64,000 nt of DNA from Myxococcota bacterium (GCA_040386535.1 JAZKFH010000013.1:384928-448927), one strand, 5' to 3'. Shown: positions 17,969 through 29,600, counted from the stretch's first letter. Numbers and translations are program-made. The notes: generated by a model from the letters alone, not told the origin.

Positions 17969-19201
17969 ATGGCGGTCTACGAATACGTCGGGCTCGACGC
18001 CGGGGGCAAGTCCACCAAGGGCATCGTGGATGCGGACTCGCCGAAGACCGCGCGCGGCCGCTTGCGCAAGCAAGGCGTGTTCCCGACCGAGGTGTGGGAG
18101 AAGAAGGAGGGTGCCACCCGCGGCAGGGGCATCAACGTCGAGATCGACTTCGGGAAGTACTTCCAACGGATCTCGGTTCAGGACCTCGCCACGCTCACCT
18201 CCCAGCTCTCGACCCTCATCGGCGCGGGCATCCCCATGGTCGAGGCGCTGACCGCGTTGGTCGACCAGACGGAGAACCCCAAGCTCAAGGGGGTGCTGGT
18301 CGAGGTGCGTCAGAAGGTCAACGGCGGAACCTCGCTCGCGCGCGCGATGCGCGCCCACCCGGACGTGTTCGGGGACCTGTTCGTGAACATGGTGGACGCC
18401 GGCGAGCAGTCCGGCGCGCTCGATCTGGTGCTCACCCGCCTCACCCAGTACACCGAAAGCCAGGTGGCGCTGCGCGGCAAGCTGGTCGCCGCGATCACCT
18501 ACCCGATCCTGATGTTGGTCGTCTCCGGGGGGCTCGTCCTGGGCCTCTTCACCTTCGTCATCCCGCGGATCAAGCGGATCTTCGACAGCTTCGGGGAGGG
18601 GCTCCCGCTCATCACCACCGTGCTGTTCACGATCTCCAGCGTCGTGACCGGGTATTGGTGGCTGATCGCCATCGTGATGTTCCTCGCGGTGTGGGGCCTG
18701 CGCCGCTTCGTGCGTACTCCCAAGGGGGGGCTGTGGTGGGACCGCATGTCCCTGAAGTTGCCGGTCTTCGGAAAGATCAACCGTCTCGTGGCCGTGTCAC
18801 GTTTTTGCCGTACGCTCGCCACCTTGCTCGTCAGCGGGGTACCAATTCTCACCGCGCTCACGATCGTGCGCACGGTCGTCGGCAACGAGATCATCGCGGG
18901 CGCCATCGACGCCGCATCCCGGAACATCGCTGAGGGCCAGTCCATCGCCGTGCCGCTCAAGGCCTCCGGTCAGTTCCCGCCCATCGTGACCCACATGATC
19001 ACCATCGGCGAGAAGACGGGGGAGCTCGAGGGCATGCTCGGCAAGGTGGCGGACGCCTACGACTCCCAGGTGGAGAACACGGTCAACACCCTGACCTCGC
19101 TCCTCACCCCCATCATGACCTTGCTCATGGGCCTCGTCGTCGCCGTCATCGCCCTCGGCATCCTCCTCCCCATGCTCAACCTCTCCTCTGTCGTACGGTG
19201 A
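17969..19201 (+). CDS. gspF: Type II secretion inner-membrane platform GspF
   Basis: QLSTLIGAGIP, GEQSGALD, YP followed by a TM, and GEKTGELE; three TM segments. Confidence 0.95.
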   Translation: MAVYEYVGLDAGGKSTKGIVDADSPKTARGRLRKQGVFPTEVWEKKEGATRGRGINVEIDFGKYFQRISVQDLATLTSQLSTLIGAGIPMVEALTALVDQTENPKLKGVLVEVRQKVNGGTSLARAMRAHPDVFGDLFVNMVDAGEQSGALDLVLTRLTQYTESQVALRGKLVAAITYPILMLVVSGGLVLGLFTFVIPRIKRIFDSFGEGLPLITTVLFTISSVVTGYWWLIAIVMFLAVWGLRRFVRTPKGGLWWDRMSLKLPVFGKINRLVAVSRFCRTLATLLVSGVPILTALTIVRTVVGNEIIAGAIDAASRNIAEGQSIAVPLKASGQFPPIVTHMITIGEKTGELEGMLGKVADAYDSQVENTVNTLTSLLTPIMTLLMGLVVAVIALGILLPMLNLSSVVR

Positions 19202-19206
19202 AACCA

Positions 19207-19650
19207 ATGATGCTCTCCCGCCTCTCCCGCTCCTCCCTCAGGGCCGCGGCCGCTTCCCGCAAGGGCATGTCGCTCGTCGAGATCATGGTGGTCATCGCCA
19301 TCATCGGCGTGCTCATGACGGTCATCGCCGTGAACGTGCTCGGCGCCATGGACGGCGCGAACCAGTCGGCAACCCAGATCCAGATCAAGAAGATGGAGGA
19401 GGCCCTCACCTTCTACGCCGCGAAGCACAAGGGCAAGTTCCCGAGCACGGGCGATGGCCTCGCGGCCGCGAAGAAGTACTTCCCGGACGGCGCGATCCCC
19501 ACGGACGCCTGGGGCAACGAATTCCTGTACTTCTCGCCCGGTACGCACGGCGAGAACCAGTACGAGATCATCTCCCTCGGCAAGGACGGCAAGGAAGGCG
19601 GCGCCGACTACGACCAGGACATCACCTCCTACAGCGAATTGGCAGAGTGA
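19207..19650 (+). CDS. gspG: Major pseudopilin GspG
   Basis: Prepilin site RKG|MSLVEIMVV, then DAWGNEFLY and SLGKDGKEGG...DI. Confidence 0.92.
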   Translation: MMLSRLSRSSLRAAAASRKGMSLVEIMVVIAIIGVLMTVIAVNVLGAMDGANQSATQIQIKKMEEALTFYAAKHKGKFPSTGDGLAAAKKYFPDGAIPTDAWGNEFLYFSPGTHGENQYEIISLGKDGKEGGADYDQDITSYSELAE

Positions 19651-19654
19651 CACG

Positions 19655-20413
19655 ATGACACCCACCCGCCGTGACCGTGCCCGGGCGCGGCGGGGAGCCC
19701 GCCGTATCAGTGGTCGATCGGGGATCTCCCTCATCGAGATCATCGTCGTCATCGCCATCATGGCCGTCGTGATGGGCATCGGCATTCCCAGCCTCTCCGC
19801 CATCTTCGACTTGCAGCAGCGCAGCGCCGCGCGGGAGCTGGCGATGACCTACAGCTTCCTCGTGAACGAGGCCTCCATGCGGAATGTCACGTTCCGCATC
19901 GCGTACAACCTCGACGCCGGCACCTATCGAATCGAAGTGGGCGATCCCAACACCCTGGTGTTCTCGGATCCCGCCAGCCGCGCCGAATTCGAGGCCGACC
20001 GGGAGAAGGAGCTCAAGAAGTTCACGAAGAAGGAGGAGGAGGAAGCGGCCGCGGAGGGCGGCGACGCGCTGGATCGTTTCTCGGGCCTCACCGCGCCGGG
20101 GTTCGAGTCCCAGGTGGAGCTGCCTTCCAACTCGATGTTCGCCTATGTGTACACGCCCCAGTACGACGAGCCGCAGGCCCCCTCGGAGGACCCGCCGGAG
20201 ACGCCGGAGGACCAGAAGATCGTGTACTCCTACGTGTTCGCGAACGGGGTCGCCGAGCACACGGTCGTCCGCATCGTGAGCATCGACGATCCCGAGGATG
20301 GCTACACCGTCGAGGTCGAGCCACTCTCCGGCAAGGTGTCGATGGAGAACGAGGCCACCGACATCGGGGCCAACATGGCGTGGCTCCCGAGCGAGGCCCC
20401 GGACTACCGGTGA
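19655..20413 (+). CDS. gspH: Minor pseudopilin (GspH position)
   Basis: Prepilin site SG|ISLIEIIVV; follows gspG. Confidence 0.78.
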   Translation: MTPTRRDRARARRGARRISGRSGISLIEIIVVIAIMAVVMGIGIPSLSAIFDLQQRSAARELAMTYSFLVNEASMRNVTFRIAYNLDAGTYRIEVGDPNTLVFSDPASRAEFEADREKELKKFTKKEEEEAAAEGGDALDRFSGLTAPGFESQVELPSNSMFAYVYTPQYDEPQAPSEDPPETPEDQKIVYSYVFANGVAEHTVVRIVSIDDPEDGYTVEVEPLSGKVSMENEATDIGANMAWLPSEAPDYR

Positions 20414-21084
20414 CACCCCTCCCGCCCTCGCTGCCACGGGCCCGCGCCGGCTTCACCCTCCTCGAGGTCGTGATCGCGCTCGCCATCCTCGCGATCGGCC
20501 TGACCGTGCTGGTGGACTCGCAGTCCATGGCCGTGTTCATGACGATCGACGCGGGGAAGACGCTGACGGGCACCTACCTCGCGCAGGAGAAGATGGCCGA
20601 GGCGATGCTCCGCCTGGAGTCGGAGGGCTTCCGCGAGGGCGACATCGACGAGGAGGGCGACTTCTCCGAGTTCGGCATGACCGACGCGATGGGGGATGCC
20701 CCGGACTTCGGAGACAGCTTCGAGGGCTACGAGTGGGCCTACACCATCCGCGAGGTGGACATCCAGGTGGGTGACATCGCGGGCGCGGCCGACGAATTGG
20801 AAGGCATGGGCGGGCTCGGCGGAAAGGACAAGGAAGAGAGCGACGACGCCCCCGAGCAGCGGGACCTGATGGACGCCGGCTTGCAGCCGGACATGCTCTC
20901 CGAAATGCTCCGCCCCTACATCCGGGAGGTGCGTGTCCTGGTGTGGTGGGGCGAGGAGGCCCCCGATCTGGAGGAGGGGTGTGACGAGTGCATCGAGCTC
21001 GTGTCCCACGTGATCAACCCCTCGGGGAAGCTCCAGCTCCCTGGCGGTTCGAGCGGCACGGGCAGCACGGACGACGGCAAGTGA
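20410..21084 (+). CDS. gspI: Minor pseudopilin (GspI position)
   Basis: AG|FTLLEVVIALAI; GTGA overlap with the preceding stop. Confidence 0.78.
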   Translation: MTPLPPSLPRARAGFTLLEVVIALAILAIGLTVLVDSQSMAVFMTIDAGKTLTGTYLAQEKMAEAMLRLESEGFREGDIDEEGDFSEFGMTDAMGDAPDFGDSFEGYEWAYTIREVDIQVGDIAGAADELEGMGGLGGKDKEESDDAPEQRDLMDAGLQPDMLSEMLRPYIREVRVLVWWGEEAPDLEEGCDECIELVSHVINPSGKLQLPGGSSGTGSTDDGK

Positions 21085-21797
21085 GCGCCACCCATCCCGC
21101 GCGCGCGTCCCGGGGCGGCTTCACGCTGCTCGAGGTCATCGTCGCCTTGGCGGTGTTCGCGATCATCGCCGGGCTCACGTTCGGCACCATCGCGAGCGCG
21201 CTCAACACGCGCGACATGCTCGAGGCCGACGACGCGGTGAACCAATCCGCCCGCATCGCCATCTCGCGCATCCGCCGCGACCTGTCGCTCGCCTACCTCA
21301 CGACCAACACGGGCGCGGTCAACACCTACCAGACCCTGTTCATCGCGCACGACAAGAACCCCGACCAACTCTGGTTCGCCTCGCTCACCCACCAGCGCCT
21401 GTACCGGGGCGCCCGCGAGAGCGACCAGACCGAGATCACCTACTGGACGGAGGACGATCCCGACACGTCCGGCGCCCTGGTGCTCTTGCGGCGCGAGGCC
21501 CCGCGGATCGACAACTATCCCGAGCGGGACGGCACGATCGCGCCCCTCGCGTACGACGTGACGGCGTTCGACGTGCGGTTCCTCGACTCCCAGACCAACG
21601 AGTGGCGGGAGGAGTGGGACACCACCGGCATCGACACACCCAATCGTCTGCCGCGCGCCGCCCAGGTGTCCCTCACGTTGCTCGCGCCCGATCCGGAGGA
21701 CGCGGAGAAGACGGTCGAACGCTCCTGGGCCACCACGGTGATGCTCGAATTCGCGCCGCGCCTCACGCCCAAGGACCCCACGCAGGACGAAGAATGA
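21081..21797 (+). CDS. gspJ: Minor pseudopilin GspJ
   Basis: GG|FTLLEVIVALAV, IRRDLS, and W..EWD...LPRAAQVSL; GTGA overlap. Confidence 0.85.
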   Translation: MSATHPARASRGGFTLLEVIVALAVFAIIAGLTFGTIASALNTRDMLEADDAVNQSARIAISRIRRDLSLAYLTTNTGAVNTYQTLFIAHDKNPDQLWFASLTHQRLYRGARESDQTEITYWTEDDPDTSGALVLLRREAPRIDNYPERDGTIAPLAYDVTAFDVRFLDSQTNEWREEWDTTGIDTPNRLPRAAQVSLTLLAPDPEDAEKTVERSWATTVMLEFAPRLTPKDPTQDEE

Positions 21798-23041
21798 GCG
21801 CGCGCCCTGCCAATGGTTTCGTGCGGAACGGTTTCGCGCGTACCGGCCTCCCCGCGCGTCCCGCCGCCGGTGGCCGGGGCCGTCGCCGTGGGGATCGGCG
21901 CGGCATCGCGCTCATCGTGGTGATCGGGACAATCATGTTCCTCACCGCGCTGGTCACCGACATCAGCTTCGGCTCGCGCATCCGTTTCCTCACCGCCGTG
22001 CACGAACGGGACGAGGCCAAGGCGTATTGGTTGAGCGTCACCGGCGTGAACCTGTACCGGCTCGTGTTGCTCGCCAACAAGCAGATGGGTGACAACCCCC
22101 TGCTCCAGGAGCTGGGCCTCGGCGACTCCTTGTGGCAGACCCTCCCGTTCATCAACACGGGCCTGCTTCGCATGTTCATCTCGTCCGACGGGAACCTCGA
22201 CGAGGACGAGGTCTCCGAGTTCGAACAGACGGGGGAGGTGAGCGACGAGGTGCGCGAGGAGAGCGCGGAGGCGACCACACGCTTCGGCAGCCGGGCCTTC
22301 CTCGACTTCGACGGCGACTTCATGGCGGCGGTGACCGGCGAGGAGTGTGGCATCAACGTCAACCGCCTCGCCTCCCGCGACGCCGACACCCGCCCGGAGG
22401 ACACCACCACCGGCAAGCAGCTCCTGGGCCTCATGAGCGGCGAGGAGAACGACGCGTGGCTGCGCGAGCGCAACCTCGAGCGCCTCGATCTGATCGGCAA
22501 CCTCGCCGACTGGGTCGACGCGGACACGAACGTCGCGAGCGGGAAGGGTGGGTACGAGGACGACTTCTACAACTCCCAGCCCCAGCCCTACCTCGCCAAG
22601 AACGCCCGCTTCGACACGCGGACCGAGCTGCGCCTGGTCGAGGGCTGGCAGGACGACGTGTACGACCGCTGGGCGGCGCAGCTGACCATCTACGGCAACG
22701 GCAAGATCAACATCACCTGCGCCGACGACGTCGTCATGGCGGGTCTGTTGCAGGCGCACCTCACGCCGCGCCCCACCGACTCCGAGGTGGGCGTGATCAT
22801 CGGGCTGGTGCGCGAGTACATGGCCACCGCCTCGTTCAAGAAGGGGTCCGAGTTCGTGGACTACCTCAAGAACCAGGGCTACTCGCCGAGCGACGAGCTC
22901 GCCGCCGAGGTCGGCATCAAGACGAACGTCTTCACGATCACGAGCACGGGCACGGTGGGGGACGCCACCGTCCAGATCACCGCCGTGGTCGATTACACCT
23001 CCTCCAGTGGCGGCACGGTCCTCTACTGGCGAGTGGATTAG
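21794..23041 (+). CDS. gspK: Minor pseudopilin GspK
   Basis: RG|IALIVV without E5, INVN, LADWVDAD, KNARFD..ELRLV and KINI; ATGA overlap. Confidence 0.9.
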   Translation: MSARPANGFVRNGFARTGLPARPAAGGRGRRRGDRRGIALIVVIGTIMFLTALVTDISFGSRIRFLTAVHERDEAKAYWLSVTGVNLYRLVLLANKQMGDNPLLQELGLGDSLWQTLPFINTGLLRMFISSDGNLDEDEVSEFEQTGEVSDEVREESAEATTRFGSRAFLDFDGDFMAAVTGEECGINVNRLASRDADTRPEDTTTGKQLLGLMSGEENDAWLRERNLERLDLIGNLADWVDADTNVASGKGGYEDDFYNSQPQPYLAKNARFDTRTELRLVEGWQDDVYDRWAAQLTIYGNGKINITCADDVVMAGLLQAHLTPRPTDSEVGVIIGLVREYMATASFKKGSEFVDYLKNQGYSPSDELAAEVGIKTNVFTITSTGTVGDATVQITAVVDYTSSSGGTVLYWRVD

Positions 23042-23050
23042 GGGCGCGCC

Positions 23051-24679
23051 ATGGCAATGGTCTACGGCATCGACACAGGATCCTGGCGCGTGCGCGTCGC
23101 GGCGATGGAGGGCAGCTTCCGTCGCTTCGAGATCCGCGACGCGGCGCAGGTGGGCATCCCCTACGCGGAGGACGGCACGCCCTTGATGGCGGACGCCATC
23201 GGCGCGTTGCGCGATCAGGAGAAGGGCTGGGACACCGCCGAGAAGGCTGCGGCCTTCCCGCTTGACGCCGGCGTGGTGCGGCTCGTCCGCCTCCCGTTCG
23301 TGGACAAGAACGCCATCGCCCGCGCGCTCCCCTCTGAGGTCGAGGGCAGCGTGCCCTACGATCTCGAGGACATGGTGCTCGGCACCCGCCTCATCGACGC
23401 GAAGGACGGCCAGAGCCGCACCTCCGTGTTCATCGCCGCGAAGGACGAGCTCCGCTCCCGCGTCGACGCGCTCGCCGCCGCCCGCGCGGAGCCCAAGGTG
23501 CTCTGCATGGACGTCGACGCGCTCGCGTCCTACGCCGGGCGCGGGGTGCAGGTCGTGGTGGACGTGGGCCACAAGCGCACGCTCCTGGCGTTGTGCCAGA
23601 ACGGGCAGCTGCTCGGCGCGCGCTTCGTGTCCGGCGGCGGCGCCGATCTGACCCTCGCGATCGCCGAGGCGCTCGGCCTCCCGTTCGACCGCGCCGAAGA
23701 GGTCAAGCACGGCATGGCCGTCCCCCTCGCCGTGGGCGACGGCGGCGCGGACGAGGCCCAGGCCGAGTGGGAAGGGGACGACCCGACCGACGCCGGCCGC
23801 CTGCCGCCCACGGTCTCGGCGGAAGGCGTGGCGCTCTCGCGCGCGGTCGACATCTGGTGCGCGGAGGTGCGCTCCGAGCTCATCACGCTCGAGGACGAGC
23901 TGAAGCTCGGCATCGACGATCTGCTCGTGTGCGGCGGCGGCTCCCGGCTCGAAGGGCTCGGGGCGCGGCTCGCGGCCCGCACGGGCGTGCCGGTCCGGCC
24001 GGTCATCGTCCCCGGCGGGCACGGCGTCGAGTACGCGCTCGCCGTCGCGCTCGCCCGCGTGGCCGCGAGCGAGCTCAAGGTGGTCGACCTCCGCATCGGT
24101 GACCTCGCCTTCCACGGCCACGCCGAGACGTTGTGGAACGTCATGGGCGCCGCGGCCCTCGGCAGCACCCTCGCGATGGTCGCCGGGCTGACGCTGTTCG
24201 CGGTGCAGCTGTACGACGCCAACCAGCGCGTCGACGCGCTCGACGCCCAGATCGTGGACGTGGTGACCGCCACCTTCCCCGATGTCGGCGCCGACCGCCT
24301 GGCGGAGCCCTCGATGGCCCTGGCGATCATGCAGGAGCGCTCCGCGGAGACGACGCGTCGCGTCGAGGCGCTCGGCGCCACCGTGGCGGGGATCCCGCCC
24401 ACCCTGGAGATCCTCAAGTCGCTCTCCGAGAAGGTGCCGCCGCCGAGCCAGGCCCGCATCGACGTGCGCGAGCTCACGATCTCCGAGGGATCGATCAGCT
24501 TTCGCGCCGAGACCGACAGCTACGAGAGCGCCGCCAAGATCGAGGAGGCCCTCCAGAAGGACGACCGCTTCAAGAGCGCGCGCAAGGGCGACGAGAAGAA
24601 GGTGGGCGAGGCGCTCACCTTCACGATGACCATCCCGCTGGGCGAGTCCGACGCCACGGCGACCGGCGAGGAGGGCTAG
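23051..24679 (+). CDS. gspL: GspL with a PilM-like actin-fold cytoplasmic domain, TM and periplasmic domain
   Basis: GIDTGS, VDVGHKRT, GGADLT.AIA and LCGGGSRL (actin-like fold), then a TM and a ferredoxin-like C-terminus. Confidence 0.85.
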   Translation: MAMVYGIDTGSWRVRVAAMEGSFRRFEIRDAAQVGIPYAEDGTPLMADAIGALRDQEKGWDTAEKAAAFPLDAGVVRLVRLPFVDKNAIARALPSEVEGSVPYDLEDMVLGTRLIDAKDGQSRTSVFIAAKDELRSRVDALAAARAEPKVLCMDVDALASYAGRGVQVVVDVGHKRTLLALCQNGQLLGARFVSGGGADLTLAIAEALGLPFDRAEEVKHGMAVPLAVGDGGADEAQAEWEGDDPTDAGRLPPTVSAEGVALSRAVDIWCAEVRSELITLEDELKLGIDDLLVCGGGSRLEGLGARLAARTGVPVRPVIVPGGHGVEYALAVALARVAASELKVVDLRIGDLAFHGHAETLWNVMGAAALGSTLAMVAGLTLFAVQLYDANQRVDALDAQIVDVVTATFPDVGADRLAEPSMALAIMQERSAETTRRVEALGATVAGIPPTLEILKSLSEKVPPPSQARIDVRELTISEGSISFRAETDSYESAAKIEEALQKDDRFKSARKGDEKKVGEALTFTMTIPLGESDATATGEEG

Positions 24680-24682
24680 GCC

Positions 24683-25288
24683 ATGGCAGGGATCACGGTG
24701 GTGGAGCCGATGCGCGAGCGCTTCGCGGAGCTCGTCGCGACGATGAGCCCGCGCGACCGCACGTTGTTCGTGGGGCTCGTGGCGTTCGTGTTGATCGCGC
24801 TGTTCGGCGGCGCGTGGTGGTTCGGTCGGTCGGTCCTGGCGGACGTGGGGAGCCGCGTCGAGCAGCGTGAAGAGACGCTCGGGCTGCTCAACGGCCTCGC
24901 GGAGGACCAGGCGAGCGCGTCGACCCAGGTGGCCCAGATCGAGGCGGAGCTCCGCAAGAGCAACGGGCAGGACCTCCCCTCGTTCATCGAGAAGGCGGCC
25001 GACAACACCGGCATCGCGGCGAACCTCCAGGCGGTGCGCGAGAAGCAGATCATCACCGAGGGCTCGCTCGAGGAGAAGACCTACAGCGTCGAGATCAGCA
25101 AGATCCTGCTGCCCCAGCTGGTCGACTTCCTCCACGCGATCGAGACGGGGGACTACCCGCTCCGCGTGCGCAGCATGAAGACCAAGACGGCCACGACGGC
25201 GGGCGTCAAGACGCTGACCGTGTCGATGGAGATCAGCGCGTTCCGCCTGATCGACGGCGGGACGACCACGGACGAGGAGTCCCCATGA
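24683..25288 (+). CDS. gspM: Type II secretion protein GspM
   Basis: MSPRDR followed by a TM, a coiled coil and LVDFLHAIE; operon position. Confidence 0.8.
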   Translation: MAGITVVEPMRERFAELVATMSPRDRTLFVGLVAFVLIALFGGAWWFGRSVLADVGSRVEQREETLGLLNGLAEDQASASTQVAQIEAELRKSNGQDLPSFIEKAADNTGIAANLQAVREKQIITEGSLEEKTYSVEISKILLPQLVDFLHAIETGDYPLRVRSMKTKTATTAGVKTLTVSMEISAFRLIDGGTTTDEESP

Positions 25289-26565
25289 TCCAGAAGCTGC
25301 TGATGGTCGTCGCCGCGTTCTTCTGGGGCGGGCTGACCTTCCTCCTCGGGCTGTACGTCACCTTTCCGGCCGACACCGCGAAGGCGCGGGTGGTCTACGA
25401 GTTCGGCGAGTGGTCGCGCGGCGAGTACGCGCTCGGCATCGGCGATCTCGCGTTGTGGCGCCTCTCCGGCGTCGATCTGGACGACGTGACCTTCTACACG
25501 GTGAAGAAGGGCCGCAAGACCAAGGACGAGCCTGCGCCGGCGCCGATCCGCCAGCCCATGCTCCACCTCGACGGCCTCGCCGTGCGCGCCGCGCCGCTCG
25601 CGATGCTCATGGGGAAGGACGCCATGGCGTTCGTCGCCGAGATCTACGGCGGCGCGCTAGGCGGCCAGTTCGCCCAGTCCGAGGCGGGCGTCGAGCTGTC
25701 CTTCAACGGCGGCGGCATCGATCTCGGGCGCCTCCCCGTCGCCACCGACCAGATGAAGCTGAACCTCGTCGGCGTCGCGTCCGGCGAGGCCGATCTGATG
25801 TTCGACGCCGCGGACGTGAAGAACTCGACCGGGTTCCTCAAGCTCTCCTTCGACGGCCTCGGCCTCGGCGCCGACAGCGCCGTCGCCGGCTTCGGGCTCC
25901 CCGAGGTGACTTTCAGCAAGGCTGGCGTGGCGTTCGAGATCAAGGACGGCAAGATGGAGGTGACCGAGGGCACCTTCGAGAGCGACACGCTCAACGCGAC
26001 GCTCACCGGCGAGGTCGTGCTCAACAAGAAGCTCGTGCGCAGCCGCAACCGCATGGAGCTCGTGTTCTCCTTGCCCGAGGATCTCGACCAGCTCGCGCAG
26101 ATCTCGCCCGATCTGAAGCGCTCGCGCGACGACGAGGGCAAGTACCACCTCACCATCGGCGGCACGATCCTCGCGCCGACGGCACGCTTCTCGCGCTCGA
26201 GCCCCGTCGGCCGCAAGGGTGGCCTCCAGGGCGACGGCCCCGAGTTCGGTGACGTCGGGCCCGGCATGGCCCCCGACTTCCAGCCCACCACCGATCCGGA
26301 GGAGCGCCGCAAGCAGCGTGAGGAGCGGATCCGCGAGCGCCGCCAACGCCTCAAGGAGCGCCGCGAGGCCGCCGGCAACATGCCGCGCGAGGACCGTGGC
26401 GGCCCGGACATGGGCGAGGGGCCCGACATGGAAGAGTTCCCGCCCGGCATGGGCGACGAGGGCCCGGGCAACGGGCCGGGCAACCAGTTCCCGCCGGACG
26501 ACGGCCCGCAGGATGGCCCCGACGGCCCCCCCATGGACGAGGGGCCCGAGTTCATCGACGAATAG
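25285..26565 (+). CDS. gspN: Type II secretion protein GspN (deltaproteobacterial type) with a long charged/Pro-Gly tail
   Basis: TM + YVTFP, a beta-rich body and GTILAP; ATGA overlap with gspM. Confidence 0.75.
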   Translation: MIQKLLMVVAAFFWGGLTFLLGLYVTFPADTAKARVVYEFGEWSRGEYALGIGDLALWRLSGVDLDDVTFYTVKKGRKTKDEPAPAPIRQPMLHLDGLAVRAAPLAMLMGKDAMAFVAEIYGGALGGQFAQSEAGVELSFNGGGIDLGRLPVATDQMKLNLVGVASGEADLMFDAADVKNSTGFLKLSFDGLGLGADSAVAGFGLPEVTFSKAGVAFEIKDGKMEVTEGTFESDTLNATLTGEVVLNKKLVRSRNRMELVFSLPEDLDQLAQISPDLKRSRDDEGKYHLTIGGTILAPTARFSRSSPVGRKGGLQGDGPEFGDVGPGMAPDFQPTTDPEERRKQREERIRERRQRLKERREAAGNMPREDRGGPDMGEGPDMEEFPPGMGDEGPGNGPGNQFPPDDGPQDGPDGPPMDEGPEFIDE

Positions 26566-26687
26566 GCGGCGCCGGCCTCCCGGGGTTGAGCCGGGGGTGC
26601 GCCCGTCGTGACGCTTGAGCTACGAAAGGCGGCCGACGATGCGCTGGGCGGCGGCCGCTGCTATGGTCGCGCATCTTCGGGGACCCC

Positions 26688-29600
26688 ATGCGCACCTCTC
26701 TGCTCGTCCTGCTCTCGCTGCTTCTCGTGGGTTGCCCGCCGACGACCGACGGCAAGCCCGACGAGACCGATGTCGACGACAGCTCCGGGGATCCGATCGT
26801 CGACGAGGACGGCGACGGCTACCTCCTCGACGAGGACTGCGACGACGACGACGCGGCCGTGAACCCCGGCGCCGCCGAGCTGTGCGACGGCGTCGACAAC
26901 GATTGCGACGACGAGACCGACGAGGACGCGACGGACGGCGGGCTCTGGTACGCGGACACCGATGGGGACGGCTACGGCGCCGCCGCGTCCAGCGTCGTGG
27001 CGTGTGACGCGCCCGCTGGGTTCGTCTCGGACGCGACCGACTGCGACGACACCTCCGCGCTCTACCGGCCGGGGGCCGAGGAGTCGGACTGCGCCGACCC
27101 CGCCGACTACAACTGCGACGGATCGAGCGGCTACTCCGACCGCGACGCCGACGGCTACGCCGCGTGCACCGAGTGCAACGACGGCGAGCCCACCATCAAC
27201 CCGGGGGCGTTCGAGGCCTGCAACGACATCGACGACGACTGCGACGGCGCGGTCGACGACGGCGCGGTGGACGAGGGCACCTTCTACCTGGACCTCGACG
27301 GCGACGGCTACGGCGACGACGGCGTGGCGGTCGAGGCCTGCGGCGCGCCGGCCGGGTACGTCGGCGTGGGCGGCGACTGTGACGACGAGGACGCGGCCTA
27401 CCATCCGAGCGCGGACGAGTCCGACTGCTCGGACCCGAACGACTACAACTGCGACGGCTCGGTCGCCTACGACGACACCGACGGAGACGGCTGGGCGGCC
27501 TGCGAGGACTGCGACGACAGCACGGCGTCCGTGAGCCCCGACGCGCCCGAGGCCTGCAACGAGCAGGACGACGATTGCGACGGCGAGGTCGACGAGGACG
27601 CGCTGGACGCGACGGCCTGGTACACCGACGCCGACCTCGACGGGCACGGCGATCCCGCCACCGGCGCGGTCACCTGCGACGCGCCCGCGGGCACGGTCGC
27701 CGTCGGCGACGACTGTGACGACACCTCGCCGCTGTTCCACCCGGGCGCCGACGAGTCGGACTGCACGGACCCGAACGACTACAACTGCGACGGCTCCGTG
27801 GCGGCGGACGATGCGGACGGCGACGGCTACGCCGCGTGTGACGACTGTGACGACACCTCGGCCGCGGTCAACCCCGCCGGCGTCGAGTCCTGCAACGGCG
27901 TGGACGACGACTGCGACGCCGTGGTCGACGAGCTCGACGCGATCGACCTCGGCACGTGGTACCGCGATGTCGACGGGGACGGCCACGGCGACGTGGGCAC
28001 CAGCGTGGCCGCGTGTGACGCACCGACCGGGTACGTCGCCGCTGCCGATGACTGCGACGACGCGTCCGCGGCCTACCACCCCGGCGCCGACGAGTCCGAC
28101 TGCAGCGACCCGTCCGACTACAACTGCGACGGCTCCGTGGCCTACTCCGACGCCGACGCCGACGGCTTCGCGGCGTGTGAGGACTGCGACGACACCGTCG
28201 CCGCCGTGAACCCCGACGCGGCCGAGGCCTGCAACGACCGCGACGACGACTGTGACGGCGCCTCGGACGAGCCCGACGCCGCCGACGCCTCCACCTGGTA
28301 CGCCGACGGCGACGGCGACACCTTCGGCGACGCGACGTCCGCCACGCGCTCCTGCGACGCGCCCACGGCCTACGTCTCCGACGCCTCCGATTGTGACGAC
28401 GAGGTCGCCACCACGTTCCCCGGCGCGGCCGAGCGCTGCGACGATGTCGACCAGGACTGCGACGGCGCGCTCGACGAGGACGCGGTCGACGCCGCGACGT
28501 ACTACGCCGACGCCGACGCGGACGGCTTCGGCGACCCCGCCGTGTCCATGGCCGCATGCGACGTGCCGAGCGGGTACGGCACCGACGCCCGCGACTGCGA
28601 CGACACGCGCGCCGGCGTGCACCCGGGCGCCACCGAGACCTGCGACGATGTCGACCAGGACTGCGACGGCGCCGTGGACGACGCCGCGATCGACGCCGCG
28701 ACGTGGTACGGCGACATGGACTCCGACGGGTTCGGCGGTTTGACGTCCACCCTCGCCGCATGCGACGCGCCGGCCGGCTACCTCGCGACCGCCACCGACT
28801 GCGACGACACCGCGGCCACGACTCACCCGGGCGCCCCCGAGACGTGTGACGGCGCCGATGACGACTGCGACGGCGCGACCGACGAGGACGCGGTGGACGA
28901 GGGCACGTGGTTCCTCGACCTCGACGGCGACGGCTACGGGAACCCCGCCGTCACGGTGACCGCGTGCGGCGCGCCCGCCGGCTACGTCGCGAACGGCACG
29001 GACTGCGCCGACGACGACGCCGACGTGTTCCCCGGCGCGGAGGAGCGCTGCGACGAGGTCGACAACGACTGCGACGCGCTGACCGACGAGGCCGACGCCA
29101 CCGGCGCGTCGAGCTGGTACGCGGACGCGGACACGGACGGCTACGGCGACGCCGCGGCGGCGGTGACCGCGTGTGACGCCCCCGCCGGCTACGGCGCGGA
29201 CGCCTCCGACTGCGACGACACCGACGCCGCCGTGTCGCCCGCGGGCATGGAAGTGTGCAACGGCTACGACGACGACTGCGACGGCCTCGTGGACGAGGAC
29301 GCGATGATGACCTCGAGCTGGTACGCCGACACCGACGGCGACGGCTATGGCGCGCTCGGCTCGCCGCGCTCGGCCTGCATGGCGCCCGCCGGGTACGTGG
29401 CCTCCTCGACCGACTGCGACGACACCCGGGCGACCGCCTACCCCGGCGCGCCCGAGCTCTGCGACAGCCTCGACAACGACTGCGACGGCACGGTGGACGA
29501 GGACGCGACTGGCACGACCTGGTACGCCGACGCGGACGAGGACGGCTTCGGCGACCCCGCGGACGCCGAGGTGTCGTGCACGGCCCCCGAGATGTTCGTG

